Source of the DNA: Octopus sinensis
Lineage: Eukaryota
Assembly: GCF_006345805.1 (NCBI RefSeq)
Contig: NC_043003.1
Coordinates: forward strand, 85,932,001-85,996,000
Direction: 5' to 3'
Length of the DNA stretch: 64,000 bases
Positions 13,629-27,109 of the stretch are shown here, piece after piece. Position numbers and translations under genes: made by a program. The notes beneath the pieces were generated by a model that saw nothing but the letters and a program-made list of their open reading frames with translations, was not told the origin of the DNA and did no database searches. The first letter of the stretch is position 1; each line of letters begins with the position of its first letter.

Positions 13629-14078
13629 TACACCGTGTAACACGAAATTTGTTCTTGGGGAGCAACTCTTACTTCCTATTTGCTTACCCTTAGAAAATAT
13701 TAAAAAATGGCTATTTCCTTTGCAAACCTCAAAGAATCCCTCTCAACACATGGCTATGATGCTCCCCTACTACTCCTGCTCATAATTAGAGATGCATATA
13801 TTGTCAGCCACTAAAGGACAAGCTCAAGTGGTTAAGATCAAGCAACTGATAAGCAAATCTGTGGTATTGAGCAGAATAGATGGTATAACGATATTTCTGC
13901 TTTAGCAACCGGGCGCTGAATCTGTCTGAAATGTAATGGAAAATAGGACAGTTTCAAAACATTTATGCCCAGGTCACAAAAACTAAGTCATTTCCTTTGA
14001 TTTCTTGATAGAAAGAAATAGAAAATAACACTTACTGACCAAAGATATAAAAAAAAGAACAATTCTGTTAAACAGTCT
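13629..14078. mobile_element. Non-autonomous TIR element (MITE-like), copy 2
   Basis: Homologous to 691-1193. Confidence 0.55.
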
Positions 14079-14190
14079 TATGGTTGTGTGTATATAACAT
14101 CTTTTATGATATAAATGATATATAATGATATATATGTTTGTTGCTGTTTTATCTTTTATGTTTTACATTATATATATATATATATATATA

Positions 14191-14370
14191 TAGGGAGAAT
14201 TCACAAAAAAAAACTACAAAAGACGAAGACAGGTGGTGTAGACAACAAACAGATGTATTAGCATAACGCTCGGGAAGTGAAAAAGTTTTTAACGTTTCGA
14301 GCCTGCGCTCTTCCACAGAAAGGAACACAGAAAGAAACAAGGAGAGAAAATAAAGAATGTGTAGCAGTGG

Positions 14371-14372
<2 letters not shown>
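14191..14372 (-). mobile_element. Short (TA)n-embedded element, probable PLE pLTR fragment with a variant hammerhead-like motif
   Basis: (TA)n on both flanks; minus strand CTGTGGA-A-GAGC-gcag-GCTC-GAAA-CGTT. Confidence 0.45.
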
Positions 14373-14422
<50 letters not shown>

Positions 14423-15302
14423 ACGGATAGCTATTGATTTGAACATAAGTCTGCTACATTTGAACCTAAGTCAGCCACTGAACTGAAAGTGTACAAAAAT
14501 AAAAAATTAAACAATAGCAAATACAATTTCGAACTATTTTAGTTTACCGTTACCTTGATAATGATCCTACAAAAGAGTGAATATTACATATTCCCGTATG
14601 CTCTTCCCCAACAAACCACAACAAAAACAATAGAAAAAAACAAGATAAAGAAAAAATGGCAAAAACCGATATCAAGTAAAATTTAAAAATTTTAAAAACA
14701 AACCAACAGCTAATGTGACATTCCAACCGATTGTGCGATCTAATTTGAAATTCTGTTCAGAATAACTTTAATTTACATAGAAGCTATTTGCACTTCAATT
14801 AGGCACCAGCTACAAGATATTTGATTTTTGTTACTTCCTCTAAAATTTGAAATATGCATTTGTAAGAAGCAATTATTTGTTATCAAAGCACAACATAACA
14901 GTTTTTCTTTCATTTGCTTGAACATCGCTTACATTCTTTTTTTATTCTTCTCTGTTTTCTTCCCGTGGAAATTGTAAGCTTACCCACACCCCCAGAAAAA
15001 GGCAGTAAAATACATCATCTATTCGTACGCACATTCATAGATATTCAGATACACATGAGTATATGCATATCAAATATAAACCTATAAAGCACACACCCAT
15101 ATATACATACATACCCTTGTATGCACAAGACATGTGCTCACATCCAAACGTTTAAATTTATCTTGCGTGAATAAGTGTGTATATATACATGTATGTTTGT
15201 TTTATATGTGCATTTTAGATAAATGAATCTGCATGTGCGTGAGTGCGTGTATGTGTGTATGTCTGAATGTGTGCATACAATGGATGACTCTGACTCATTT
15301 TC

Positions 15303-15362
<60 letters not shown>

Positions 15363-15493
15363 CTAAATGCCAACATAACGTGGCAGTCCTGTAAAGGACG
15401 ATGTTACTGTTGTTTTAACTCAAGGAAAACGTCTTTTCCAGCTGGCTAGCGATACACAGTTTGTATCCGTATATAGCATTTGCAAAGGAGGTC

Positions 15494-15530
<37 letters not shown>

Positions 15531-15547
15531 TATACTTACATACATAC

Positions 15548-15613
<66 letters not shown>

Positions 15614-15759
15614 GTGTGTGTGTGTGTGTGTGTGTGCATATATACTTGTATCTGTATATGCATTGTAAATATAAATGTGTATGTTTATGCATTTGAGTAT
15701 ATAAACGTGAATGTATGGATGAAATTTTGCTGTTTGCTAGGCACATCACACAGCATTGT

Positions 15760-16280
15760 TCAACTGCAGTACGTGGCCCATATGTTCTTTTAGCAGCGCC
15801 CACTCCGTAGCAAATATACAAGCAAGAACTCGTTCTCCGAAAATTTATCAAACCGTCAGCCTTTGCACCTCTCAAACAGCACAAACTAAAAAGCACAAAG
15901 GAAACTCTATGTTCAAATTTTCGCTATTTTCTCTTTTATTAATAATCTCATTTTGAAACTAGAGCCTGGACATCGTCTCTTCTAACATGCTATCTGGAAC
16001 GACACCATATCTGGGAAGAGTTCTTAAATGATGTCATGCCAATTTGCCTCCTTTCTCCTGCTGCCTCTGAAAAAGCTGACGATATCGAGCCCCACAAAAA
16101 CACAAATACCACTTATATCAAGAATATATGTTCGCTTAATCTCGTACTTGGACATGAGAAGTATTCCTCTAGAGTCCTTAGGATTGCTCAGACGCAAATC
16201 CTCACAATCGCTGATGATCCATTTTGATAAATTTCTTTTTGCAGCCATGACTTGGAACTGTTGGAAAAGAAAGTTAACCA
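15760..16280 (-). pseudogene. Degenerate DNA-transposon ORF fragment (possibly Academ/XPG-like)
   Basis: CVFVGLDIVSFFRGSRRKEANW and IFATEWALLKEHM resemble the HAFTGCDTVSFF..KKTAW and IPPT..AL.EH motifs; judged by eye. Confidence 0.3.
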
Positions 16281-17280
16281 TGTTAATCTAACTGGGTTTG
16301 CAGGGTTTGACCTTATCCGCAACTGACCAAACCGATAAAAGAGAAATCATACAAATACTTTTATGAATAATAGAACAATTTATCTAATGAGATAAAAACT
16401 GTTGGCCTTTTAACTGGTGGCATTTGGCTTCATAAAAAGCAATTTGTGAAACATAATTAATGAGGTGGGCTGGCTTTATAAAATGTAATTTGTAAAGCAC
16501 AATTTAACAAAAGCTGGAAACTATTTTTTTACTGAAAAAAATGTTCAGACGAGAAAATAGTTTTAAACAATATTTTCTTTAATATCAGCATGTGCATGTC
16601 ATGATTAAATTTTTGTCTCGCCTTTTTAAGGAAAATTACCAGACATTAGTAAGGGTAACTGTTCACTTTAATTCGGTTGAAGGTGTTGCACACGGAGTGT
16701 TATATCTTCATTAAAGTGAAAGACATACGAAGGCATATATTTGAAATAAATATAGTGAAATGAATGGGGACTGAATATGAATTGTACGCCTGGAAGCAAA
16801 CGGATTTAAATACAATTAATTATCTCTGCGTATTTCAGTTGATTCTGCTATTGTATTAGATTCAGTGAGTTTAATATCACACTAAGATTTTATTCCCAGC
16901 TAATTCATCGCGTGCCAGGTACCTTTCGCTTTCATGGACAGCACAAAAATAAATCGTTAAATTATTCTCTTAACGTTTAACCGTCGAAAGTATTAAATGC
17001 AAGTTACCTAGAAATTGAGATTTATACTTTTGCAACTAAAACTATTAGCCACAATTAATTTTGAATATGGGAACCAACTGATATCACAACTAGAGGAACA
17101 CAAAGGAAACTGAAATCAACATTATCATTCAAATCAGTTATCTTTTCGATACAGCTCATTTATACTCGTTTGCTTTTATAAAATCATTTAAATTTTCAAT
17201 AAATGCCAGTTTCTTTAGAGTGCATGTTTTCAAAATATCTTCCGTTTCCATAAAGAAAATAATGATAGCTTTTCCATAAA

Positions 17281-17570
17281 CATGGCTTTGGGGTTTGGGT
17301 ATTCGGTTCACGATCGTAAGGGCGTATGTTTGATTCCCAGCAGCGCACTGTGTCCTTGATTAAGATACTTTATTTCACATTAGTCCAGTCTACTCAGCTG
17401 GCAAAAATGAGTTGTATTTGTATTACAGAGGGCCTACCTTGTTACACTGTAGCACATTGAATCGCCATGAGAACTATGTTAAGAGTACGCGGGTTTGTAG
17501 AATGCTCAACCACTTGTACATTAATTTCACGAGCAGGCTGTTCCGTTGATCGTCGTTGTAACCGACGGAA
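17281..17570 (+). mobile_element. Degenerate tRNA-derived SINE (Meta-like core)
   Basis: gtgtccttgattaagatactttatttcacattagtccagtctactcagctggcaaaaatgagt. Confidence 0.6.
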
Positions 17571-18502
17571 TGCCAGAAGATAATTTCCAGTTCGACAAGT
17601 ATGTGAAGTATATGACTGAACATTCCTAAGAAAGGACAACCCTTGAAAAACTGAATCTCATATAGAAATCATCTGATTGGATGATCAGGGTAATTTCAGA
17701 TGACTGGTTCAGCTTAAATGATTGTTACTCTTTGTTGTTGCCAAACAGCTGTCATTTCTACAAGAGTAATTTGTAGCATCGTCGTGTCCGTTATACAACG
17801 CTTTACCTGATCAGTTTCTTTTCCTGGCCCTTGAAAATCATATCTTTACTATGAACCTATGCTACAGTTCAGGACTAAAACCTTGCATATCAGAATTTTT
17901 GAGATGAGGTATTGTTAAAGTAACTCAACCCGCCTGTTAATAGTTAAATCTGTTCTAGAAGTAAAATGGTTTTGAGTTCTAAATTAATCAAAATTTTAAG
18001 ACGAGTTATAGTTACAGTATGTTAATCTTTGGCATTTGTTAAACTTGTTTGTCTTAAATGTAAAAAGGTTTTGGGTTCTAACTTAGTCTATAGATGAATT
18101 CATTGTAGCATTTAGTATCGAATAATGTGTGCGAACAAGGAAAACATTAAATATGGATTTAATAGATCTGAAAATTTTAAAGTTTAAAATGCTGACTATT
18201 GCACTTTTATTTCAAGTCATGTCAGTCCTTATTGTGTAGACACATATTCAAATGCATTTCAGCTGCAATAATCCTGTCTGTTTTCAAACTGCAGCCTCCC
18301 CAGGACTACATTGTCGAATGTGAGTGACTTTTGGCTTTTTTATCGAGTAGAATTAAAAAAAACATCAAAGCGATATCTGTTCAATTCTATCAACCCATGA
18401 AACACTTTGAAATTCAGCATCCCTAGCTAATGAAACACATATAATTACAAAGTTCTCCCGCTGGTTTTCCCCGAAGAGCTACAATATTTATGCATGCACA
18501 CA

Positions 18503-18723
18503 TATGTGAGGTAGTACTGAAAAGTTTCTGGCTTTGGGTAAAAGAAATTTAGGAGGCTCAGTTAATTATGATTTTATTGAACATATTCCCCTTTCAGTTT
18601 CACGCACTTATTGTGACGGTCCTTCAATTTTTTCAATCCTATAAAAGAACTCGGAAAGTTGGGTCTCCAGCCGGGCCTTTGGCGATAACCTTAAAATTAG
18701 GAAATTTCCAGCATCCCCTCGTA
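18503..18723 (-). mobile_element. Internally deleted mariner element
   Basis: Imperfect TIRs; minus strand encodes FIGLKKLKDRHNKCVKLKGEYVQ* (mariner C-terminus). Confidence 0.7.
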
Positions 18724-18949
18724 TGTATCTAGTGCATTGGGAACGTATTGTTCTATGTGTATAAACATAAATGCACATACACAAACACACACATGCATAT
18801 GCACCTCCCACACACACGTATGCACACACATAAGTATGCACACACACGAACACACTCACACACGTATGCACACACATTAATGAAACAACAGTGAACTAGA
18901 AAAGCAATCCACAGTGACTAGTAGTCTCTATTTGAATAAGAAAGATAAT

Positions 18950-19382
18950 TAATTCTTTCTAATAGAAGCACAAGATGGCAGATATTGGTAAGGGGCTAGT
19001 CGACTGCATCGATCTCAATACTCAACGTGTACTTATTTTATCGACTCTAAAAGGATGAAAGGCAAGGTTGACCGCAGCGGAATTTGAAATCAGAGCGTTA
19101 AAACAGATGACATGCCGCCAAGCATTTTGTGGTAACGATTTTGTTAGTTCACCGCTTTAAGAAAGCTAAATAATATATTGGTTTCAATTTTTGGCACAAA
19201 GACAGAAAAATCGGGAAAGGGGTAAGTCGATTAAAATGACCCCAGTGTTCAGCTGGTTCTTATTTTATCGACTCCGAAAGGATGAATGGCAAAGTCGACC
19301 GCGGCGGAATTTGAACTCAGAACATAAATACACTAAGCATTGTGTCCGGCGTGCTAATGATTTTGTCAGTTCACCGCTTTAA
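18950..19382 (-). mobile_element. Two adjacent Nin-like SINEs
   Basis: Two copies of the aaggatga(a)tggcaaagtcgacc..gcggaatttgaa-type core. Confidence 0.75.
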
Positions 19383-19764
19383 GAAAAATATATAATGATA
19401 AATCAAATACCACAGAAGATAAATGTTTAATATAGTGAAATTATTTCTACTTCCAGAGAAGATAGAAAAAAATTACTTGGAGCCAAAAATACTCAGAGCC
19501 ATAAATGTATTCCATTCTTTTTATATTCAAGTACCTCACTGTACTGTAGATAAGTTAGGGTAACTGCTAGTCTGATGACGCCTATTCAAGTAATAAAACG
19601 TATCTCCAGGTATTCACTAGGCACCTGCTCAAAGTGTCTTTTCCAAAATACTACGTTACCATTTGTACAATTCCTTACTTAAGATTATATCCTCTTCTCA
19701 TTTAGCTTTGATCCCAGTTGCTATAGAATGATTTATTGCATATATCTGATATACATTTATTTAA

Positions 19765-20930
19765 TCTATATATAAAACAGAATTTGTGTGTGTGTGTGTG
19801 TGTGTGTGTGTGATGCATATGTTCCTTATGGATTCGAAAACTGAGTTGCTGATTTTAACGTATGAGCTAGGTATCAAAATATTTAGTAATCTTTCGGCTA
19901 CCAAATGAAGTATGTTCTTTACACAACAAATTTTTTTACTACAAAAATAACCTCAAAAATGAGGTTGGGTCGCACAATTTTGAGGTCATTTTCGGGCAAT
20001 ATTTGCTTCTTATCTACGTTGTTAATTTTAATGTTTTCGCTGTCAAAAAATACAGCAATGTACAAGATGCGTTATGAGTGCATTTGTAATGTACAAAACC
20101 CAATTTGTCAACGGAAAACGACAAAAACAATTTTGGAACAATTATTAGCACATTTTCCGTCAGTAATGGCCCTTGTGCCACAACTAAACTGCCAATGTGA
20201 AGGTCTTCAGCATTCCATGATTAAACAATGACTTTGAAGTATTGTGGTACCATTTCTTCGCACAAAGCCCTACTTTTCGATAGAAAATTGACTAATGAAC
20301 CGTGTTTCTGGCATAATTTTGACGCACCGAAAACAATTTGTCCTTGTAGATTTTCTTATTAGGAAATGACTCAGGAATACCAAACGAGCGTTCTCGGGTT
20401 TAAATTTCGTAAAACTTCCCCAAGGATTAAGTACAGTACGAATATATCCTATATTCGTTCAAGTGTGGTAAAGACGTGAAGCAATGAATAAAACCTATTA
20501 TTCATTCCATAAGCTCCAAAGATCGTAAGGATTTTACTACAATCTCCCTATTTTTCACAGCGGTTGAGCGTGTAGTATAATGCGGGTGGTGCGATGGAAA
20601 ACGAATGTCTGACCTGATAACCTCAGTTGAAGACAATTACAACACCGTGCATCTATGCGAGGATAAATTAAGGTCACATGCACATATGAATCCGCTCACG
20701 GTGCGTGTTCTTTCATTGGACGGGATGCACATCGTGTTCACTGATTAGTACCATTTCAAGTCGATTTTTTCAGATCAGAGTCTTGTACGGCAATACCAGT
20801 TGGTCATGGTGTTATTGTTATCAACGACGCAGACAACGCCAAAATTATCAGAAAAACCATTTCTATTTGTTTTTTCAAATATATAATGTACCAAAGATTT
20901 TCTATTTCTAATTCTAACACACACACACAC
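19765..20930. mobile_element. Possible degenerate Helitron-related fragment
   Basis: A/TCTATATATAAAA 5'-end-like motif at 19765; weak Rep-like peptides on the minus strand (LIYPR, ENARLVFL); orientations conflict. Confidence 0.25.
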
Positions 20931-23900
20931 GTACTCTCAAGCAAGTGTGTTGGAAAACAATTTACAATTGCCTTGACACTTTTCATTTCGCAATCTTGAA
21001 TATGCTTCAAATTTCATAAAACTTTTCCATCTTTTTCAGTAATTTTGCAAGATGAAATATTTTGTAGAAAATATCAATAAGTTTTTCTGATAATCAACTC
21101 AGCAGTTGCAACGGCACTACTTTTTGATGTTTTCTATAGTTTGAAATATTACATACCATTATTATTATTTTCAAAATTTATGTCTTGAGTTAATCTATTG
21201 ACTCATAGTATCAATGAATGTAGACATAACACTATAAAAAGACCGTGGTTCAATAAGCAACAATAACTTAGATTAAGGAATATTAATGTCTTGTTTTTCT
21301 TCCATAGTAGACAGCATTCTTAGAGTCTTAGGTTAGGCATTAAACATTGATTTCGCCTTCTGTTGCCTTGAACAAAGCCATTTTGTAAGTGGAAATGAGA
21401 TCTAGTCGATATTATCGACTGGATTATATTTACTTTTTTGCAGTCTAGTAAAATTTATATCTGATGCGATTTGAACATAGAAACTAGAAGCATGAAACAT
21501 GAAAATGTAAAGGGTCTAGTGGAGCTCTTTACTAAAAATGAAAAAAAAAGAAGACAAAAGGAAAAAAGAAATCTACTTGTGGAGCAAAAAGTGTTCTTGG
21601 AAATGATTATATAATTATAAAGATTAGAAGCAGATTCGATGAAGATGGAATAAAAGAATAACATGTTATTCCTGATATCAAATTTCAAGTATATTGTAGT
21701 TCAACATGCTCACAATCCTATAATTGATAGAGATAGCCATATGTTACAACTAATCGTGAAAGGCGAAAGCGATACATAAAACTTGAAGACATAAAAATAT
21801 TTGAAGTGTGTGTCATATAAGAAGTTTGAAAATGTCTAATTAGCATCATATATATTCTACTTGGCTTCCTGCTGTTGCAGTACAACATTATTTATTTCAA
21901 GATTTTAAAAGGTCAAAATAGGTCAGCTACTATTTGTGGTTAGTAGTAACCACTGTGGCGATTGAGACACCACTCTAAAACCTTTTGAACGCTTCAAATC
22001 ATTATGGCAATAATAATTATTGCGGAGCTTGGTATTGCTAAGCAGAAGAAAAAGTTTACTTCACTAATTAGTATCAAGCTGACAATTGCAATAGGTATGA
22101 GAGCAGAAATACACAGGAAATTCCCAATATCTGGAAATCTTCATTAGAGGCCAGGCCAGAAAGAATAGAACAGTTTTTAGAAAGCTGTTCAAGTAAGTTC
22201 AACCGAGTGTCTTGAGTAGCATTTCACAATAGGAGTTTTCCGAATCCTACAGATATTACAGTCATATTGACTTACATTCATTCATTCATAAATTCATCAT
22301 ATGACGTCACTCTATTGATGTGTAAATTTCAATAGAAGAGCCTTGTTTCTAGGTTAGAAGGCGGTGTTTTCGTTCATTGGCGAGAAACTCGAGAAATGAA
22401 AGCACTCGTCTGAATTTTTAAAAGGAGAAATTTTTATTATACGCTGATACATTTGGGTTAGAATCTTCATCTTAGTTGTTATAGCTATGATTCGGTCCTT
22501 GTACTTTGTGACCTTTTGTACATTGGTGTGTGCCGTGTTTGGCAACGTTTTCGGAATATCAAACCAAAACATTATTCACTCCAGGCGGGGTTGATTGTTT
22601 TCATTATGCTATCTGTGCACGGATATTCCCCACTTTCTAAATTTGTATCAGTCGCAACTTAATATCATGTCCAATAACACTGATCGCATTTTACAGTGAT
22701 ATTTTTTAAAATCTTAGCTAAATTGAGAAGTTGTGTATGTTAGTAAAAATGGAATGAGAAGTAATGATATTTATGCTTCGCCAACAATGTATAATATATA
22801 AATTATGTACAACTATCAAAATTTATAGGAAAGCAAGCCATATTTTATTTTTTCTGGAATTGTATCTACTTTAAACAATTTAGTAAGTTAACTGTTCCGA
22901 TATCGGAAAAACAAACCCCAAAATAGAACAGTAAATACTGTAAGGCATTTTGTTCAACGTCCTACTGAGACTCTCGTTCAAGTATCTTCGATGTATCATT
23001 AATACAGATTACAAGTATGTGCCTGTAACTGTTATATAAAAAGACCGAATTAAATGTGGCATAGAATTTAAGATATTTTTCCTGAGAACATTTGTCAGGA
23101 CTAGAAGCATTTCCTGTATCTTGTACTATTTTAAAATTTATAAATGAAATTATTTCCAGAGGAAAATCGGAAGGTCAAACAACTCTTAGAAGTAACTAAT
23201 TCAATATCTTCTCAATTACACAAGACCCAAAAGTATTGTTATATTTTTATCGTATTCTATTTTGGGTTGTTCCAGTTCATAAGATTGTCGTGCCATCAAC
23301 TGAAAAAGGCATAGTTCTATTTCGTCAATGGTGCAGCAATTATTTCGGTACATATAGTTATCACATGTTCTTCGTTGCCATCACACTGTTGAATCTGCGC
23401 TTTACTTCGAGTCTTTTCTTTCCTTTTCTCTTCCTCCTCCTCTGGCTACCGCGATCTATTTATTTTCTCTCTGTCTCTCGGGCATTCTCTCTTTCTCTGT
23501 CTATCGATCTCTGTTTAGTAATAGATTTGGTTCATGTAGAGCTACTGTTGACCCTATTAATAAGCGCATCAGTTAGTAATTGACATATAACCTATTTTTA
23601 TTGATTTAAGCAGAAAGCAAATTTGTGTGGGTAGAAATTCAAATTTCGGCCTTTTATGCAACAATTTCCTATAAATGATTTTCCATCACTAATGCCACAG
23701 AAAAGAAGGTTTGCACAAACGCACATATTTGGCAAACAATTTAAGTTCTCTTCGAATCAAATTGATTCCATCGTATCTGCAGGGACTGCGGAATTATTAA
23801 ATCACCCTGATTGTTAATGGTCATATTGTACCATCAACAAAATTTCGCTTCGTACGGAGAGCAACAAACGCATCAAATAGTTTCTTTTTGTCAAGGAGAC

Positions 23901-24264
23901 TGAAACAGGTGGAGGTGGCCACTTTTGTTGTGTTGAAGAGCAAGAAATGGAGAACAGGTAACTAGCTCCTTGCTATCCGTTCCTGACCAAGACATACAAA
24001 TGACTTGCTTTCCAATAAATTTTCATAGTTGTACATTATTTATATATATCAAAGCAAACGACTGCAATTAATTAATTCAATTTCAGAAGGAACAATATAA
24101 CAGCAACAACGAGAAAATGTGGCGTTTTTCCGGTTTTCCCATTCATGATGACACCTCAGGAGTTCAGCAACACACTTTTCCACTTAAAAAATATATAAGG
24201 AGTTTTGCATCATAAATTCCAAACGTGCACTTTTTTCTATGTCGGAAATTATTTATCTATCTAA

Positions 24265-24298
<34 letters not shown>

Positions 24299-24362
24299 GT
24301 CTGTATGCCTGTATGCCTTTCTGTCTGTCTATCCATCCATCCATCCATCCATCCATCCATTC

Positions 24363-24426
<64 letters not shown>

Positions 24427-24651
24427 GTCTGTCTGTCTGTCTGTCTGTATACCTGTATGCCTGTCTGTCTGTCAGTCTGAGATTATTTTTTCGGTTACGT
24501 CACAGATTTGAGAAATTTCAAAATTCATTGAAAATTTTTGGAATTTGGTATATTGATGTAGCATTTCACGCCAAATCCAAATATGGGATTCATTTATTCT
24601 AGAAAAAAGAATTTAGGAAAATGTTACTGAAGTTCAATATAATATATATAT

Positions 24652-24847
24652 CGCTGTGTGCTAAGAAGCTTGCTTCCCAAACTTGGGCAAGTGTCTTCTG
24701 CTGTAGCCTGAGGTCGACCAAACCATTGTGAGTGGATTTGATAGACGGAAACTGGAAAGAAGCTCGTCGTATATATATTTGTGTGTGTGTGCGTCTTTGT
24801 GTCTATGCTTGTTTCCTCATTACTGCTTGATAACCGGTGTTGGTGTT
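24652..24847 (+). mobile_element. SINE 5' part (local duplicate of 27777-27972)
   Basis: Near-identical to 27777-27972, including the same internal deletion relative to the 31043 copy. Confidence 0.8.
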
Positions 24848-24849
24848 CG

Positions 24850-25065
24850 GTAGAAAAAGACACCAAATGCTTTGCTTACAACACTGAGGCCGAGCTGGTA
24901 GCCAAGAGAAAATTGTTGTTCGAAGATCTTTTCAGTGAGGAACGCATGCGCCTGTTCCAGAGCCGTCTTCAAGCCCTGGTGGAGGCTGAGAGCAGCTACT
25001 TCTCGAAAACTGTTATCTCTCAGCCACGAACTACTTCTCGAAAACTGTTATCTCTCAGCCACAAA
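24850..25065 (+). mobile_element. Tc1/mariner-superfamily transposase C-terminal remnant with a ~32-bp tandem duplication
   Basis: EKDTKCFAYNTEAELVAK..RLFQSRLQALVEAESSYF; ctacttctcgaaaactgttatctctcagccac twice. Confidence 0.55.
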
Positions 25066-25787
25066 CAGATATTTTTTTAATTTTTTTAAATACTTTATTT
25101 TTGTATGGGATATTATGTTGGATATGATATTTGTAATTTAATCACAAATGCATAAATTCGAATAGATGTTTTAAAAACAAAAACAGCAAACAAAACACCT
25201 GAAAAAATTGTTTCATAATCTATCGTATTCATGTTTTAAAATAATACATATAATACAAAATACTACAGGCTTGTTATGCATTCAAAAGAATTCTAAGCAA
25301 TATTTCAAGGAACACATTCATGTATGTATGTGCAATTTTACATGCATGGACAATTTTCTAATTTTTGAATGCTAAAAAGATTCTCTTTTCAGATATTTCC
25401 AAATATCAATACTCAAGTGGAAATTATTTTTGGCTTTCTCTTTTGTGTAATTTCCAAAAAACCTTTAAGCATAAAGTATTTTAACATTTTAATTATCATT
25501 GCAGAATTCTGCAATATTGTTACCTATACAAACAGAACTACTGCCCTCCGGGTGGTTTTGTCATTATAGATATAAGTAAATGCAAATGCATATATGCTCC
25601 ACTTCACCACCAGACACGAACACACGAACGTATATGCGGCTGATGCTATCAGTTGTGGATTAGATTTCGCATTCATTTCAGAAGTTTATTCTTATTCTCC
25701 TCAAGGGTATTCTCTCTCTTTTTCAAGACTATATATGTGTATGTATACATAATGCGTGCATACACAAACATGTACATATGTGTATAT

Positions 25788-25822
<35 letters not shown>

Positions 25823-25825
<3 letters not shown>

Positions 25826-26205
25826 AAATAGTAAAAAGCGAAAAAACTACAGAAGGCTTGTTTTAAAAGGTAAAAAAATATATATTTGTGTCATTATGTC
25901 TGAAGAATGTTATAAATTTTTTTCATACAATGACATAGTTTTTGAAGAAATGACCGGTTTCGCGTTCAGCTTTTCAAATTTCTTACATCGTTATGTTTAC
26001 GTTGAGAAGTGTGAAGTAGAGTTCCAGATAAGGGGAGGTAATAAGTGATTTCTTCCGGTGTAAGAGAGATAATCGCTTAATATTTCTTGCCTTTTTTTGT
26101 ATGAAAAAAATTTATAACATTCTTCAGACATAATGACTCAAATATATATTTTTTAACCTTTTAAAACAAGCCTTCTGTAGTTTTTTCACTTTTTACTATT
26201 TTCTA
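25823..26205 (-). repeat. Fold-back element (~107-bp arms) with a hammerhead remnant at the apex
   Basis: 25823-25930 vs 26097-26205 reverse complementary; apex on minus reads aagaaat..gcg..cgc-GAAA-ccgg-TC-atttctt. Confidence 0.75.
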
Positions 26206-26243
26206 TATATTCAACCACGTGCTTTCACGCACCAACTTTCTCA

Positions 26244-26322
<79 letters not shown>

Positions 26323-26806
26323 CGTATGTATGTATGTATTGCTCGAAATGAGGCGTAGATAGACAGCCAACAACTGATGAGAGGTCGTTCTCCGCGTTAC
26401 TTGTCCTGTTTTCCATTATTTTCCTCTCGTTATTTGCGTATTTAACTCCTTAGTTTTCGTACTTAATGTTGTTTATACAATTGGTAACGTCCTGTACCCA
26501 TGCATATATATACATACATACATACATACATACATACATACATACATACGTATATATATATATATATATATATACGTATGTATGTATGTATGTATGTATG
26601 TATGTATATATATGCATGGGTACAGGACGTTACCAATTGTATAAACAACATTAAGTACGAAAACTAAGGAGTTAAATACGCAAATAACGAGAGGAAAATA
26701 ATGGAAAACAGGACAAGTAACGCGGAGAACGACCTCTCATCAGTTGTTGGCTGTCTATCTACGCCTCATTTCGAGCAATACATACATACATAAATACATA
26801 CATACA

Positions 26807-26866
<60 letters not shown>

Positions 26867-27109
26867 TGAGAAAGTTGGTGCGTGAAAGCACGTGGTTGAA
26901 TATATAGAAAATAGTAAAAAGTGAAAAAACTACAGAAGGCTTGTTTTAAAAGGTTAAAAAATATATATTTGAGTCATTATGTCTGAAGAATGTTATAAAT
27001 TTTTTTCATACAAAAAAAGGCAAGAAATATTAAGCGATTATCTCTCTTACACCGGAAGAAATCACTTATTACCTCCCCTTATCTGGAACTCTACTTCACA
27101 CTTCTCAAC
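26001..27109. repeat. ~1.1-kb spacerless palindrome centred on (TA)12
   Basis: Arms reverse complementary except in microsatellites; mirror ORFs 26463-26651(-) and 26466-26654(+). Confidence 0.95.

Noticed and set aside
22440-22700. Possible third R4 endonuclease remnant on the minus strand
   Set aside because: Motifs too decayed to support by eye.
26338-26390. Possible type II hammerhead (ctc-GAAA..GTA..CTGATGA-gag)
   Set aside because: Stem I does not pair next to the core and stem II is only 3 bp.
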